From NCBI GenBank assembly GCA_963749495.1, contig CAVVMW010000023.1, positions 1 to 64,000 of the forward strand: a DNA stretch of 64,000 nt, written 5' to 3'. The DNA is from an uncultured bacterium (GTDB lineage Bacteria > Verrucomicrobiota > Verrucomicrobiia > Limisphaerales > UBA8199). The position numbers and the translations under genes are program-made. Below the pieces are notes generated by a model. That model saw only the letters and a list, made by a program, of their open reading frames with translations. It did no database searches and was not told where the DNA came from. Position 1 is the stretch's first letter. Every line of letters begins with the position of its first letter. Shown here piece after piece: positions 61,601 to 64,000 of this stretch.

Positions 61601-64000
61601 GTGGAGGTGATCGGCAATGTCTGCCAATACCTTCAGCCGGCCCCCGGGATGAATTTCGCAGGGTATGTGGACGACCTGGCCCGGGCCTACCGGGCGGGCC
61701 GGTTTGCCCTGTGCCCGCTGCTCTGCGGCACGGGCCAGCAGGTCAAGGTCGCCGAGGCCATGGCGCACGGCCTGCCTGTGGTGGTCATGCGCCACGTGGC
61801 CGGCAGCTCTCCGGTCCAGCACCAGGTTAATGGCCTGGTGGCCAATAACGCCGCCGAGTTCGCCCAGGCGGTTCTGCAGTTGTACCGCGATCCCGCCCTT
61901 TGCCGCCGGTTTGGCCAGGCCGCGCGCCAGCAGATGCAAGCGCGCTTTTCGCCGGAGGAGTTTGCCAGCCGCCTCCAGGCGGCCATCGAAACCGCCCGCC
62001 AAAGGCGGGATGAACGGCTCAAAGGCACCGCCCAGCCGGCTGCCATCCCTCAACCTCAACTGTCGGCAGCGCCCAAGGCGGCCAGCTTGAATTGGCGCGA
62101 CTTGCCCGGCCGCGCGGCGCAGCCCGAATCCGCCTCGGTTTCACCGTCAGCCTCCGCCAAGCCCGCGGAGGCCCAGCCCGGCACTACCCCCGGAGTGCGC
62201 CCGTCCCCGGGCGCAGCAGCGACGGAGCGTGCAGGCGCGCTGGAGTGTTTGACCGCTGCCCTGGCTGCGGACATGGCTGCGCCCGGGGACGGGCGCACTC
62301 CGTTCTCGCCCCCGGCGGTGGGGGCAATATCAGGATGCGCCCCGGCTTCGGAGCCTGCCGGTCCGCGCGGGGCCAAGGTGCTCATCGATGGCGTGATCTT
62401 TCAGTTGCAGCAGAAGGCCCCGGCCGGGATCGCCCGGGTCTGGACATCGCTGCTGACCGAGTTGGGCAAGAGCAACCTGGCCAAAGACATCCTGCTGCTG
62501 GACCGGGCCAGCACCGCCCCGGCCATCCCGGGCATCCAAACGCGGCCCGCCCCGGCCTATGACGGCCTGCGGTTCGAGAGCGACCCGCTCCTGTTGCAGG
62601 AGATCTGCCAGCGGGAACAGGCCGGACTGTTCGTCTCGACCTACTACACCTTCCCGGAGCGGACCCACTCGATGATCATGCTCCATGACATGATCCCCGA
62701 GGTCACCGGCCAGGACCTCAGCCTCCCCGAATGGCGCGCCAAGGCAACGGCCATCCAAAAGGCCAGCGCCTATCTCTGCGTCTCCAATTCGACCATGACC
62801 GATTTCCGCCAACTCCATCCCGAGCTGACCGGCCGCCCCGTCTATCTCACACCCAATGCCGTGGGCGATGAATTCCACAGCGCCCCACTGGACGAGGTCG
62901 CGGCGTTCTGCTCCCGGTTCGGGATTCGCAGGTCCTACTTCCTGCTGGTTGGCCGGCGCGCCCTCTACAAGAACGCGCAGTTGTTCTGCCGCGCCTTCGC
63001 CTCTTGGGAGCGACGCGCCCAATTTGACATCGTCTGCGCCGGCGGCGCCCCTGAGCTGGAACGCAGCCTCCAGGGCCTCCTCCACGGCCTGCCTTGCCAC
63101 GTGCTCGCGCTGAGCGACGCCGAACTGGCGGCCGCGTATTCGGGCGCCGCCGCCCTGGTCTATCCTTCGCGCTGCGAAGGCTTCGGCCTGCCCATCCTCG
63201 AGGCCCACAAATGCGGTTGCCCGGTCATCACCTGCCGCAACTCCTCACTCCCCGAGGTCGCCGGCCAGGCCGCCCTGTTCGTCGGAGAGAACGATGTCGC
63301 CGGCCTCCAGGCTGCCTTGGGCCGGGTCCTGGACGACGCAACCCGGCGCCGCCTCATCGAGCAGGGCCTTGAAAACACCCGGCGCTTCTCCTGGGCCCGC
63401 ACCGCCGGCGCCCTGGTCGAGGCAGTGAAGGCCGTGCGCTCTCAGACTGCCCCGTTGGAGCTCAGGAGCGCAGACCCGCTGAACACGGTCGAGCGGCTCG
63501 CTTGGGGCCTGGCCAAAAACGACCAGCGCGCCACCGCCTCCGGCTTGCTCGATTACACTCGGATGGCCCTCAACCGCCGTCCCCCGGACCTGGCGGGCAT
63601 GGCCAGGCTCGAACAGGACCTCGCCCCCGCCCTGGCCGGCCTGCACCGCGCCTTGGCCTCGTTGCCCGAGAGCAACGGGGACAGCGACGCCCTGCTCTGC
63701 TTTTTCCACGGCCTGGCCCTCGAGCATCGGCTCGAACTCAAGCCCGCCTTGCGCGCCTATTCGAAGGCCTTGACCGCCTCGACTCCCTCCCAGGCAGCCG
63801 AATTCCGCGTCCGCCTCGGCCTGCGCATCGCTCGCATCGCACTCGAATTAGGCGACCCGGGCGTCTGTGAGCAGGTCCTCCTGGCCTGCGTGCTGCCCAT
63901 CGACCCGCAAAATGCCCAGGCCCACGAACTCCTGAAACAAACGCGCGGAGAAAAACCAGCACCTCCAGCCGAGGCGTCCGCCGCCGACCCAAGCCCGCGT
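55675..64000 (+). CDS. Giant multidomain SAM-methyltransferase/TPR/GT2/GT4 protein (3 frameshifts; runs off window)
   Basis: VLDLGCAGG MTase; TPR-like region; GT2 (FSIVTPS..VDGAS..LNADD); GT4; GT2; GT4; GT4 (EGFGLPILEA). Frame changes near 56868, 60200 and 60820; no stop from about 60820 to the end. Confidence 0.75.
62176..62334. repeat. GGAG-tagged palindromic element (family B, copy 2) inside the glycosyltransferase gene
   Basis: 110-bp core 62192-62301 homologous to 31241-31350. Confidence 0.85.

Noticed and set aside
1..64000. tRNA, rRNA or tmRNA genes
   Set aside because: None recognised by eye; a tRNAscan/Infernal run would be needed to exclude them.

Overview
GC-rich bacterial DNA. 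Gene content and repeat style suggest a Verrucomicrobiota (Pedosphaera/Limisphaera-like) genome; this is inference only. Many single-base frameshifts in otherwise intact genes suggest a long-read or MAG assembly. Left to right: (1) a DUF4258/DUF2283-type toxin-antitoxin pair, a small membrane protein and an aldehyde dehydrogenase. (2) A ~13.4-kb Mu-like transposable element (about 2.7-16.1 kb) with MuA/MuB-like genes, a divergent HTH switch, virion-morphogenesis, major-capsid and tape-measure-like genes but no recognisable terminase, portal or tail tube; its tape-measure-like gene is split by an ISL3. (3) A pile-up of mobile remnants: 5' part of a group II intron, a Y1/HUH transposase framed by perfect 23-24-bp inverted repeats, a truncated IS1182-like transposase and a tyrosine recombinase scrap. 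(4) Sugar and envelope genes: two TIM-barrel isomerases, glk, GH38, CruF-like, TolC, mdoH. (5) A secreted-protein operon: a PA14 protein interrupted by a head-to-tail ISKra4-like IS dimer, a HEAT-repeat protein, a Cys-rich secreted protein and three tandem paralogs. (6) A sigma-54-type flagellar cluster flgFGAHIJNKL-fliW-csrA-fliC, followed by a >8.3-kb methyltransferase/multi-glycosyltransferase gene that runs off the window. Several families of palindromic (GTAG/GGAG-tagged) and heptamer repeats pepper the window, and some are translated in frame inside proteins.
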